Assembly (NCBI GenBank): GCA_002269645.1
Contig: NIVC01000853.1
Span: 62,001-126,000, forward strand
Direction: 5' to 3'
Length of the DNA: 64,000 nt
From: Macrostomum lignano
Lineage: Eukaryota
The position numbers and the translations under genes are program-made. This document shows, one piece after another, positions 1 through 12,000 of this stretch (position 1 is the first letter of the stretch; every line of letters begins with the position of its first letter). The notes beneath the pieces are model-generated. The model did not search any database, was not told where the DNA came from, and saw nothing but the letters and a program-made list of their open reading frames with translations.

Positions 1-56
1 CCAGATCCTAGGTCCCAGATCCTAAATCCCAGATCCTAGGTCCCAGATCCCAGAGT
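1..56. repeat. 14-bp tandem repeat CCAGATCCTAGGTC, truncated at window edge
   Basis: About 4 copies immediately 3' of the PIGN stop codon. Confidence 0.8.
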
Positions 57-64
57 CTAGTAAC

Positions 65-3000
65 TCAGAGTTGCCGACTCCTCTGGTGCAGCAGCAGCCT
101 AGAAGCAGCTAGCAGAGCCACAGACGCTACGGTTGTTGCCATGACAACTACATAGTGCCCGATGCTGGTCCCAATGTCCAGCCAAGAGCCGTGGTCTCGG
201 ATTTGCAAGAAGAAATGCACGGCCAGAATGTCCGAGAACAGCAGCACCTCCAGCACCAGGAGCGAGCGGGCCAGAATGGCGAATGCCATGCCTACTGTCA
301 GCATGGGCAGTAGTATCTGCGGGATGAGAAGGGCGATTATTTGGGATGAGAATGGCGATTATTTGGGGTGAGAAGGGCGATTATTTGGGGTGAGAAGGGC
401 GATTATTTGGGGTGAGAAGGGCGATTATTTGGGATGAGAATGGCGATTATTTGGGGTGAGAAGGGCGATTATTTGGGGTGAGAAGGGCGATTATTTGGGG
501 TGAGAAGGGCGATTGTTTGGGGTGAGAAGGGCGATTGTTTGGGGTGAGAAGGGCGATTATTTGGGGTGAGAAGGGCGATTATTTGGGGTGAGAAGGGCGA
601 TTATTTGGGGTGAGAAGGGCGATTATTTGGGGTGAGAAGGGCGATTATTTGGGGTGAGAAGGGCGATTGTTTGGGGTGAGAAGGGCGATTGTTTGGGGTG
701 AGAAGGGCGATTATTTGGGGTGAGAAGGGCGATTATTTGGGGTGAGAAGGGCGATTATTTGGGGTGAGAAGGGCGATTATTTGGGGTGAGAAGGGCGATT
801 ATTTGGGGTAAGAAGGGCGATTATTTGGGGTGAGAAGGGCGATTGTTTGGGGTGAGAAGGGCGATTGTTTGGGGTGAGAAGGGCGATTGTTTGGGGTGAG
901 AAGGGCGATTATTTGGGGTGAGAAGGGCGATTATTTGGGGTGAGAAGGGCGATTGTTTGGGGTGAGAAGGGCGATTATTTGGGGTGAGAAGGGCGATTAT
1001 TTGGGGTGAGAAGCGCGATTATTTGGGGTGAGAAGGGCGATTATTTGGGGTGAGAAGGGCGATTATTTGGGGTGAGAAGGGCGATTACTCGGGCCAGTTT
1101 ACTAGCAGTACAAACCCACCTTGACCAGCATCAGAAAGCCCATGGTGAAGGGGCTGAACACAGTGATGAAGCAGTACACAGAGGATGTATCAAATCTGAA
1201 ACAACGAAGGAGATGTCAATGAAGTTTAAACACTGATTTGTGAGATAAGCAAAAAAACCAATAAGAAGAGGTTGGTCGCTCACGAGTTGATGCTGGCAAT
1301 GTTGCCTGTGCCAAAAAATGACAGCAGCAACAGGAATACCTGATGCCCTGACAGAGTTAAGGAAAACTGCGTGGCAATGTATGTTGACAAAGACCTTCAA
1401 AGTTGGGTATCCATGATACACAAACAAAGACCTGAAAGTCAGTGGTCAATATAGATAACCCACTAACAAAGACCTGAGAGTCAGGGGTTAATAATCCACT
1501 AACAAAGACCTGAGAGTCAGGGGTCAATAACCCACCAACAAAGACCTGAGGGTCAGGGGTCAATAACCCACTAACAAAGACCTGAGAGCCAGGGGTCAAA
1601 ACTCCATTAGCAAAGACCTGAGAGTCAACGACCAGGGAATGACACCAAATATAACGGCAAGGATACAAAGCAGAGGTTCTGCCGCAGTCCGCCGCCCAGA
1701 GTCCGCAGTCCTCGCTCAACCGCCAGCCGCTCTTTTCCCAGCTTTGCGTCCGCCTCATCGGCGCTACAGTCTCCGTCACTGCCGTCCGCCAGCGTCATCA
1801 GCAGCAGGCATTCAATCCGCGTCCAGGCCTCCAGGAACACGGCCAGGGTCAGCAGGAACAGGCCCTCGTAGCTGATGCACATCAGTCCGTACACAGGCAG
1901 CAGCAGGGCTACGGAAGGTGCCAGGCCGGAGTACCCAGTCGCTGATTGGCTGACAGACACCCGGCGAGAGTTGGTCCAGCCAATCAGAGGGAAGACAGCT
2001 GCTAGTAGGCACCAGCTGGCGGCCTGCAGAGCAAGCGGCTTGTCCCGGCCGTGGTACACGGTGTGGGTGCTCACCGACATCAGGCCGGCCAGGAGGCACT
2101 GTGCGGCCTGCGGCGACCGGGGTGCGGCACTTTGATGCACTTTTGCAATCATTTGTGTGTTCCGGCCTTCTTTTGGCCGTCTGCTTCCTTACACGCTACC
2201 TTGCTCTCGCCTAACATGCAGTGTCCCCTCTTTTCACCTTCCATCATTCTCGCATCTTCCTCATTCTCACATCCCTCATTCTCTCATCTCCATCACTCTC
2301 ATCTCCCTCATTCTCATCTCCATCACTCTCATCTCCCTCATTCTCGCATCTCCCTCTCTCATACAGACCCCTCCATCTCACAGCACTCACAGACAGAGGT
2401 ACAATCAGCTTGGCGTCCGGCTCAGATCTGAGGTAGGCAACAGAGTAGGCCGCTGCAGCAGCAGTGTGCACGGCTCTGCAAAGGCAAAAGGCAAAAGAGT
2501 TTAGTTAGATACACAAAAAATCTATAATCCAGTAGTCTATAGCAAGTTTAACAAATAAGATTCGAGGATCTGGACTTTAAATTGGCATCATCCCAAAATC
2601 CCACAGCAGGCCCAATCCCAGCACCGGGAATCACACAGCAGACCCAATTGCAGCACTGGGAGTCACACAGCAGACCCAATTGCAGCACTGGGAGTCACAC
2701 AGCAGACCCAATTGCAGCACTGGGAGTCACACAGCAGACCCAATCCCAGCACCGGGGATCACACAGCAGACCCAATCCCAGCACCGGGAGTCACACAGCA
2801 GACCCAATCCCAGCACCGGGGATCACACAGCAGACCCAATCCCAGCAGCGGGGATCACACAGCAGACCCAATCCCAACATCGGGGATCACACAGCAGACC
2901 CAATCCCAGCACCGGGGATCACACAGCAGACCCAATCCCAACATCGGGGATCACACAGCAGACCCAATCCCAGCACCGGGGATCACACAGCAGACCCAAT

Positions 3001-6000
3001 CCCAGCACCGGGAGTCACACAGCAGACCCAATCCCAGCACCGGGGATCACACAGCAGACCCAATCCCAGCAGCGGGGATCACACAGCAGACCCAATCCCA
3101 ACATCGGGGATCACACAGCAGACCCAATCCCAGCACCGGGGATCACACAGCAGACCCAATCCCAACATCGGGGATCACACAGCAGACCCAATCCCAGCAC
3201 CGGGGATCACACAGCAGACCCAATCCCAGCAGCGGAGCTCACAGCAGCAGGGGGTGAACCACTCCGCCAACGACAGGCAGCAGCGGGAAGGCGCACAGGG
3301 CCAGGCAGGACGCGAAGAACCTGGCCACAACTGGCCGATGCTGGCGCAGGCGCGGGCGCCTCCACAGCAGGCGGGCATAGTTGGCGCCGAGCCAGAACAC
3401 GCCAGCCGAAAGCATCAGGCGGCTGGTGAAGCTGAGCGCGCACAGCTCCAGGCCAACGATGATGAAGGCCAGGTCGCAGACGAAGCCCAACGGAGTGCGG
3501 CGGCCGGTCAGGGGCACCCGGCGGAGCAGGGCGCGCCAGCAGGCCAGCAGGAAGCCGGACTCTGACAGCAGGCACAGAGCCAGGCAGTGCGGTGTCAGGC
3601 AGTACAGGTAGTGCAGGGGCGGCCGGCTGCCCACTGGAGCGAACAATGGAAGTTAGGTGAGCGGGTTGTGATTGGCTGGCACGAGAAGCGTTTATCATCA
3701 TTTAGGAGACCCATCTAAAACTCACGTGGTCTATCTCACCCGGAGTCATTCTCCCCTCGTCTTAATCTCAGTCAATCTCATCCTGACTCAATCTCACTCT
3801 GACTCAATCTCACCCTGACTCAATCTCACCCTGACTCAATCTCACTCTGACTCAATCTCACCCTGACTCAATCCCACCCTGACTCAATCTCACTCTGACT
3901 CAATCTCACCCTGACTCAATCTCACTCTGACTCAATCTCACCCTGACTCAATCTCACCCTGACTCAATCTCACCCTGACTCAATCTCACCCTGACTCAAT
4001 CCCACCCTGACTCAATCTCACCCTGACTCAATCTCACCCCGACTCAATCTCACACTGACTCAATCTGACACTGACTCAATCCCACCCTGACTCAATCTCA
4101 CCCTGACTCAATCTCACTCTGACTCAATCTCACCCTGACTCAATCTCACTCTGACTCAATCCCACCCTGACTCAATCTCACCCTGACTCAATCTCACCCC
4201 GACTCAATCTCACACTGACTCAATCTGACACTGACTCAATCCCACCCTGACTCAATCTCACCCTGACTCAATCTCACTCTGACTCAATCTCACCCTGACT
4301 CAATCTCACTCTGACTCAATCCCACCCTGACTCAATCTCACCCTGACTCAATCTCACCCCGACTCAATCTCACACTGACTCAATCTGACACTGACTCAAT
4401 CCCACCGTGACTCAATCTCACCCTGACTCAATCCCACCCTGACTCAATCCCACCCTGACTCAATCTCACCCTGACTCAATCTCACTCTGACTCAATCTCA
4501 CCCTGACTCAATCTCACTCTGACTCAATCCCACCCTGACTCAATCTCACCCTGACTCAATCTCACTCTGACTCAATCTCACCCTGACTCAATCTCACTCT
4601 GACTCAATCTCACTCTGACTCAATCTCACCCTGACTCAATTTCACCCTGACTCAATCTCACCTTGACTCAATCTCACCCTGACTCAATCTCAATCAGTCC
4701 CGATCCCACTGCCTGTCCCCCGCACGCACCGTACAGCAGGCAGCAGTGCAGGCCGGCCAAGGCTGCCAAAGCTCCACAACAGAGGCGACGCGCGGGCTCG
4801 GCCAGTCCGGCCGATTTTTGTCCGGCCAAGCCGGGCAGATGAGCTTTGCCGATTTGTACGGCAACGAAAATTATCCACAGTGCAAAGGAGAGCAGGATGT
4901 AGAATCTGATGGCAATGGGTGGCGAGTGTTTGAGCTGACTGTAATGTGTTTGAGCTGGCTGTAATGTGCTTGAGCTGACTGTAATGTGTCTGACCTGACT
5001 GTAATGTGTCTGAGCTGACTGTAATGTGTTTGAGCTGGCTGTAATGTGTTTGAGCTGGCTGTAATGTATCTGAGCTGACTGTAATGTGTCTGAGCTGACT
5101 GTAATGTGTTTGAGCTGACTGTAATGTGTCTGAGCTGACTGTAATGTGTCTGAGCTGACTGTAATGTGTTTGAGCTGACTGTAATGTGTTTGAGCTGACT
5201 GTAATGTGTTTGAGCTGACTGTAATGTGTTTGAGCTGACTGTAATGTGTCTGAGCTGACTGTAATGTGTCTGAGCTGACTGTAATGTGTCTGAGCTGACT
5301 GTAATGTGTTTGAGCTGGCTGTAATGTGTCTGAGCTGACTGTAATGTGTTTGAGCTGACTGTAATGTGTTTGAGCTGACTGTAATGTGTCTGAGTTGACT
5401 GTAATGTGTTTGAGCTGACTGTAATGTGTCTGAGCTGACTGTAATGTGTTTGAGCTGACTGTAATGTGTTTGAGCTGACTGTAATGTGTCTGAGCTGACT
5501 GTAATGTGTCTGAGCTGACTGTAATGTGTTTGAGCTGACTGTAATGTGTCTGAGCTGACTGTAATGTGTTTGAGCTGACTGTAATGTGTCTGAGTTGACT
5601 GTAATGTGTTTGAGCTGACTGTAATGTGTCTGAGCTGACTGTAATGTGTTTGAGCTGACTGTAATGTGTTTGAGCTGACTGTAATGTGTTTGAGCTGACT
5701 GTAATGTGTTTGAGCTGACTGTAATGTGTCTGAGCTGACTGTAATGTGTCTGAGCTGACTGTAATGTGTTTGAGCTGACTGTAATGTGTCTGAGCTGACT
5801 GTAATGTGTCTGAGCTGACTGTAATGTGTCTGAGCTGACTGTAATGTGTCTGAGCTGACTGTAATGTGTTTGAGCTGACTGTAATGTGTTTGAGCTGACT
5901 GTAATGTGTCTGAGCTGACTGTAATGTGTCTGAGCTGACTGTAATGTGTCTGAGCTGACTGTAATGTGTTTGAGCTGACTGTAATGTGTCTGAGCTGACT

Positions 6001-9000
6001 GTAATGTGTCTGAGCTGACTGTAATGTGTTTGAGCTGACTGTAATGTGTTTGAGCTCACCCCAGGTAGGCGCGGTCATATTTGTGATAGTAGCGCATGCC
6101 TCCAACGCACAGCCGGCCCAGAGTCGTCAGCCGGTTTATCTGGCGGGCACAGGGGGAGCAAAACTCAGGCAAGTAATTTAATTAAGGGGCGGAGAAAAAG
6201 ACGAAAATGACTTTATCGAATTCTACCTGGGGTCAGTTCAGGTGACATAGGAAACTGTCTCTAGCCCAGAAATGGCTGCAAAGCGTCCATGTAAGGCTAT
6301 CAGGGCTAATCCACGGCCTAAAGAGAAGAAAGACTAATATCAAGATTGCTCCCCCCAGGCTTAGATTCTTATCCATTTAATATTCATAATTGAAAGTCAA
6401 GCACGGGCGCTGAGTATCTGAACTTCGGTCAGCTTGAAATGTAAAAACATCTTGTAAAATTGACAATGCTCTACTGACTAAGTAGAAAGAGAAGATTTAT
6501 TTAGATATCAAAATTTAAGGGCACTCATAATGATGGATAATTGATCTGCTAAAATAATAATTTTGACATACGTACTTTGCATATCCCACCCTTCCCAGCG
6601 TCACTCCTTCCTTCCCAGCGTCACTCCTTCCTTCCCAGCGTCACTCCTTCCTTCCCAGCGTCACTCCTTCCTTCCCAGCGTCACTCCTTCCTTCCCAGCG
6701 TCACTCCTTCCTTCCCAGCGTCACTCCTTCCTTCCCAGCGTCACTCCTTCCTTCCCATCGTCACTCCTTCCTTCCCAGCGTCACTCCTTCCTTCCCATCG
6801 TCACTCCTTCCTTCCCAGCGTCACTCCACCCTTCCCAGCGTCACTCCTTCCTTCCCAGCGTCACTCCACCCTTCCCAGCGTCACTCCTTCCTTCCCAGCG
6901 TCACTCCTTCCTTCCCAGCGTCACTCCATAACTCCAACCAAAGTCCAACCCATCCCTCCAAAGTCCAACCCATCCCACCAAAGCCCAACCCATCCCTCCA
7001 AAGTCCAACCCATCCCACCAAAGCCCAACCCATCCCACCAAAGTCCAACCCATCCCTCCAAAGTCCAACCCATCCCACCAAAGTCCAACCCATCCCTCCA
7101 AAGTCCAACCCATCCCACCAAAGCCCAACCCATCCCACCAAAGCCCAACCCATCCCACCAAAGCCCAACCCACTCACCGCCAGCCGCAAGTCGCCAGCCC
7201 TGGCGGCGGCAGCGGCCATCGCCAGCTCGCTGTCCGGCCCGGCGTCGCCAGGCAGGTCGGGAAATTCGACAAAGCCGGGCAAAATCCTGGTCTCGAAGGC
7301 TTCCCGGCGCTTCGTTAAAAAGCCCGCAGCCAGCTGTCGGACGTTTCGCTCCAGTTGCCAGGCATTTCGGCTGGCCGGACCGCTGAGAATCTCAACTGGG
7401 AGCAGCCCCTGGTGTGAGCAATTGGGGATTCCGGTTTGAGCGATTGGGGATTCCGGTTTGAGCAATTGGGGATTCCGATTTGAGCAATTGAGGATTCCGG
7501 TTTGAGCAATTAGGGATTCTGGTTTGAGCAATTGGGGATTCCGGTGTGAGCAGTTGGGGATTTCGGTGTGAGCAGTTGGGGATTCTGGTTTGAGCAGTTG
7601 GGGATTCCGGTGTGAGCAATTGGGGATTCTGGTTTGAGCGATTGGGGATTCCGGTTTGAGCAATTGGGGATTCCGGTTTGAGCAATTGGGGATTCTGGTT
7701 TAAGCAATTGGGGATTCCGGTTTGAGCAATTGGGGATTCTGGTTTGAGCAATTGGGGATTCCGGTTTGAGTGATTGGGGATCCCGGTTTGAGTGATTGGG
7801 GATTCCGGTTTGAGCGATTGGGGATTCTGGTGTGTGAGCAGTTGGGGATTCTGGTTTGAGCAATTAGGGATTCCGGTGTGAGCAATTGGGGATTCCGGTT
7901 TGAGTGATTGGGGATTCCGGTTTGAGCGATTGGGGATTCTGGTGTGAGCAGTTGGGGATTCTGGTTTGAGCAATTAGGGATTCCGGTGTGAGCAATTGGG
8001 GATTCTGGTTTGAGCGATTGGGGATTCCGGTTTGAGCAATTGGGGATTCCGGTTTGAGCAATTGGGGATTCTGGTTTAAGCAATTGGGGATTCCGGTTTG
8101 AGCAATTGGGGATTCTGGTTTGAGCAATTGGGGATTCCGGTTTGAGTGATTGGGGATCCCGGTTTGAGTGATTGGGGATTCCGGTTTGAGCGATTGGGGA
8201 TTCTGGTGTGAGCAGTTGGGGATTCTGGTTTGAGCAATTAGGGATTCCGGTGTGAGCAATTGGGGGTTCCGGTTTGAGCAATTGGGGATTCTGGTTTGAG
8301 CAATTAGGGATTCCGGTGTGAGCAATTGGGGGTTCCGGTTTGAGCAATTGGGGATTCTGGTTTGAGCAATTAGGGATTCCGGTGTGAGCAATTGGGGGTT
8401 CCGGTTTGAGCAATTGGGGATTCTGGTTTGAGCAATTAGGGATTCCGGTATGAGCAATTGGGGGTTCCGGTTTGAGCAATTGGGGATTCCGGTGTGAGCA
8501 ATTGGGGGTTCCGGGTTTTCCCGGAAATTTTGCCTATTCTGTAATGAATCCGGATTTTGTTCATGATCCGGGCTTACATACTTTTTTGTTCCGGAACTGA
8601 GAGCCGGATCAGCAAAATATGTTCCGGGCGAAAATACCGGATTGGGGAACACTGATTTCCGGGACTTTGACCCGGAAAAGAACCAAGTGTTCCGGGTGAA
8701 TTTCACGGATTAGGGTTCGATCTGGGTCAGTTTCCGGGCGAATCGTACAGATTAGTGTCTGGATCCGGGTCACCAATTAAAAAGAAAGAAATTTTTGCAA
8801 TAAGCGGCTTGAATTCTAGCATTCCTTAAGGCAGAAGCCAAAGTTTTTATTGGCGCAAAAAGTACAAACCTTTTCGTCAATCTAAGAGCATCAATGAAGC
8901 TAGCAGAATGTCCATATCAATCTTATCCCGGTATACCGGTTTAATTTATGCAATAGTTATTAATCCATCGCAGGTCAGCTTAGCAGCTGCCTTGAGCCAC

Positions 9001-12000
9001 AACAGAAGCGAGGATTGATTATCCATCGCAGGTAAACATAGCCTTAGACAAACCAATGGAGCATGTACCAACATAATTCGGATTTGCGTCTATCTTAATA
9101 GTGAAGCTGCTTTAAATACTGGGCCAGTTAGAGCTATTTGGAACTATGCACAATCTCAGTCTAGACACCCAGCTGTGCCAAACAATATGGTTGGCTGATT
9201 TATGCTTTTAATCGTCAAATATGACAATAGAAACATTCAGCCCGTTGACACACTAAGCAGCTGTGACAGACTACATGCCAGTGGAAGTCAAAACTCTCGC
9301 ACACAATCAGGGCGCAACATTTCTTCAATTGTCACCTGTACGGAGGATGGGCTCAGCCTCACATTACGGACGCTACAGTGCCTCCGAAAAGCAGATCAAT
9401 TGCCAATTCTACTCTCATCATACTGAGGCTTTATTACCCCTCAGAATATTTCCAAGAGGAAATCGCGCCGCTGACCAAACGGATGCCAGGGATTGCCTGA
9501 TGGGATAACCATTTGCTGGGGTCTGTATTCAGCGGTTTTCCATCGGAGGCTTCCTCTAAATATCCCCATGGTAGTGGATATATTCCCTTTTTTCCAATTT
9601 CCAGACCCACCTGATTCGGGAAAGATCCGGGAGTTGACCCGGAACAAGCTCTGATCTGGGTGACATTTTCCGGGAAATCGACCCAGATCATCTGTTCTTC
9701 CTCCGGATCAGGCTTTGTTCCGGGGTATGTAATATTCCGGATCAGAACCCCGGAAAAAATGGTGATCCGGGTCCAATTCTGCTGATCCGGGCCTCAACCC
9801 GGAATTTTTGTTTCCGGGTAAATTTTTTGACGGGCAGGAAGGGGACAGGTTAGGTCACAGGAGACAGGTTGGGTCACAGGAGACAGATTGGGTCACAGGA
9901 GACAGGTTGGGTCACAGGAGACAGGTTGGGTCACAGGAAGGACACAGGTTGGGTCACAGGAAGGGCACAGGTTGGGTCACAGGAAGGACACAGGTTGGGT
10001 CACAGGAAGGACACAGGTTGAGGGTCACAGGAAGGGCACAGGTTGGGTCACAGGAAGGGCACAGGTTGGGTCACAGGAAGGGCACAGGTTGGGTCACAGG
10101 AAGGGCACAGGTTGGACACAGGAAGGGCACAGGTTGGGTCACAGGAAGGGCACAGGTTGGGTCACAGGAAGGACACAGGTTGGGTCACAGGAAGGGCACA
10201 GGTTGAGGGTCACAGGAAGGGCAAAGGTTGGGTCACAGGAAGGGCACAGGTTGGGTCACAGGAAGGGCACAGGTTGGGTCACAGGAAGGGCACAGGTTGG
10301 GTCACAGGAAGGGCACAGGTTGGGTCACAGGAAGGGCACAGGTTGGGTCACAGGAAGGGCACAGGTTGGGTCACAGGAAGGGCACAGGTTGGGTCACAGG
10401 AAGGGCACAGGTTGGGTCACAGGAAGGGCACAGGTTGGGTCACAGGAAGGGCACAGGTTGGGTCACAGGAAGGGCACAGGTTGGGTCACAGGAAGGGCAC
10501 AGGTTGGGTCACAGGAAGGGCACAGGTTGGGTCACAGGAAGGGCACAGGTTGGGTCACAGGAAGGGCACAGGTTGGGTCACAGGAAGGGCACAGGTTGGG
10601 TCACAGGAAGGGCACAGGTTGGGTCACAGGAAGCCTCACCACATTGTTAACGGGCACGCTGACGTTAATTAAGGCGGCCATGAGCGGGCACAGGTCGGCC
10701 TGGCCAATGTCCCAGCCGGGGGAGCCCGCACCATCGGCGTACTTGGCAGAGGCTCGCGGCGCCGGTGACTCCGGCGACAGCTGTTGCTGCTGTCGAGGCC
10801 CGCGGATCCCGGCGCCCCAGGCCACAAAGGGAGTCTCGGTCTCCTCCGTCAGGCCGGACCCGTGCGAGCCCCAGTCGGTCATGCCGTGGTCAGAGGTGAA
10901 GAGGAAGGCTGTCCGGTTGTCCGGGAAAACCCGGGACACCAGAGCGGAGATACGAGCCACACCGCTGTCAACGAACTGCTGATTCAGCAGGCAGTCCCTG
11001 CGACGCGGGGGCGGAGTTGGCAATGCCAGTGTCCAGTTTTAGGGGCCTGGGTGAGTCAGAGAATTATTGACCAAATCGGGGGGTCAATGACCTCTGTGAC
11101 GCCTTACAGTCGGATCAGGGGTCAATGACCTCTGTGACGCCTTACAGTTGGGTCAGGGGTCAATGACCTCTGTGACGCCTTACAGTTGGGTCAGGGGTCA
11201 ATGACCTCTGTGACGCCTTACAGTTGGGTCAGGGGTCAATGACCTCTGTAATGCCCTACAGTTGGGTCAGAAGGTCAGTGACGTCTAGCTTTCAAAGCCT
11301 TACAATGACCTCTGACACGCTTTCAGTGAGATACTAAGCGATTGTGGGAAGTAATCAACACACAGAAGTAACACACCTGGAGTGCGGCTTCAGCGAATGC
11401 CCGCAGGTGTCCATGCCCAGCAGGTGCAGAAACAGCACAATGCCTTCCGACTGCAGTTCCCTGCGGCTACCGTTGGTTGCGTGAGCGAGGAGAAACTCCT
11501 GGAAAGTTTTTCATAGAACTAGCTCACGTTTCTTAGAAAGAAGAATATCCCAAACAGCACTGGAGAAGCTTGGGCCCCATCTCAATATCCCCATAGCACC
11601 GGAGAAGCTGGATGCCCCATCTCAATGCCCCACACAGCAGCGGCAGGCACCTCAACCCTGTCGAACACCCAGGCGTCCAGCAGTTTCGTGTTCCCCTTGC
11701 CGAACTCCTCGTCCCGGGTGGGTAGCTATGCGCCCGAACGTGCAGCGCGGATCTACCGAACATGTCCACAATGTCCGGGCTGCCCCAGGCCCAGGTGCGC
11801 TGCGACTGGTTGAACAGGTGGTCGAATTCAACGGCGTTTTCGCTCCAGCCTGCGAAAAATTTAAAAAATTGAACATTAAATGAAAGCGATTAGAGTGCTC
11901 AGCATGTTGCGCTCAATTGTGATTGAGTGATTCTGCTTTGTACCTGGCTTCAGAAATGGTTAAGAGCTTCTTTCAGTGCTGCAGGTGTTCAGGGCAGGTG

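Noticed and set aside
2582-10982. Long repetitive ORFs (327, 461, 471, 364 aa and others)
   Set aside because: They are translations of intronic minisatellites; periodicity equals unit length and real PIGN exons splice around them.
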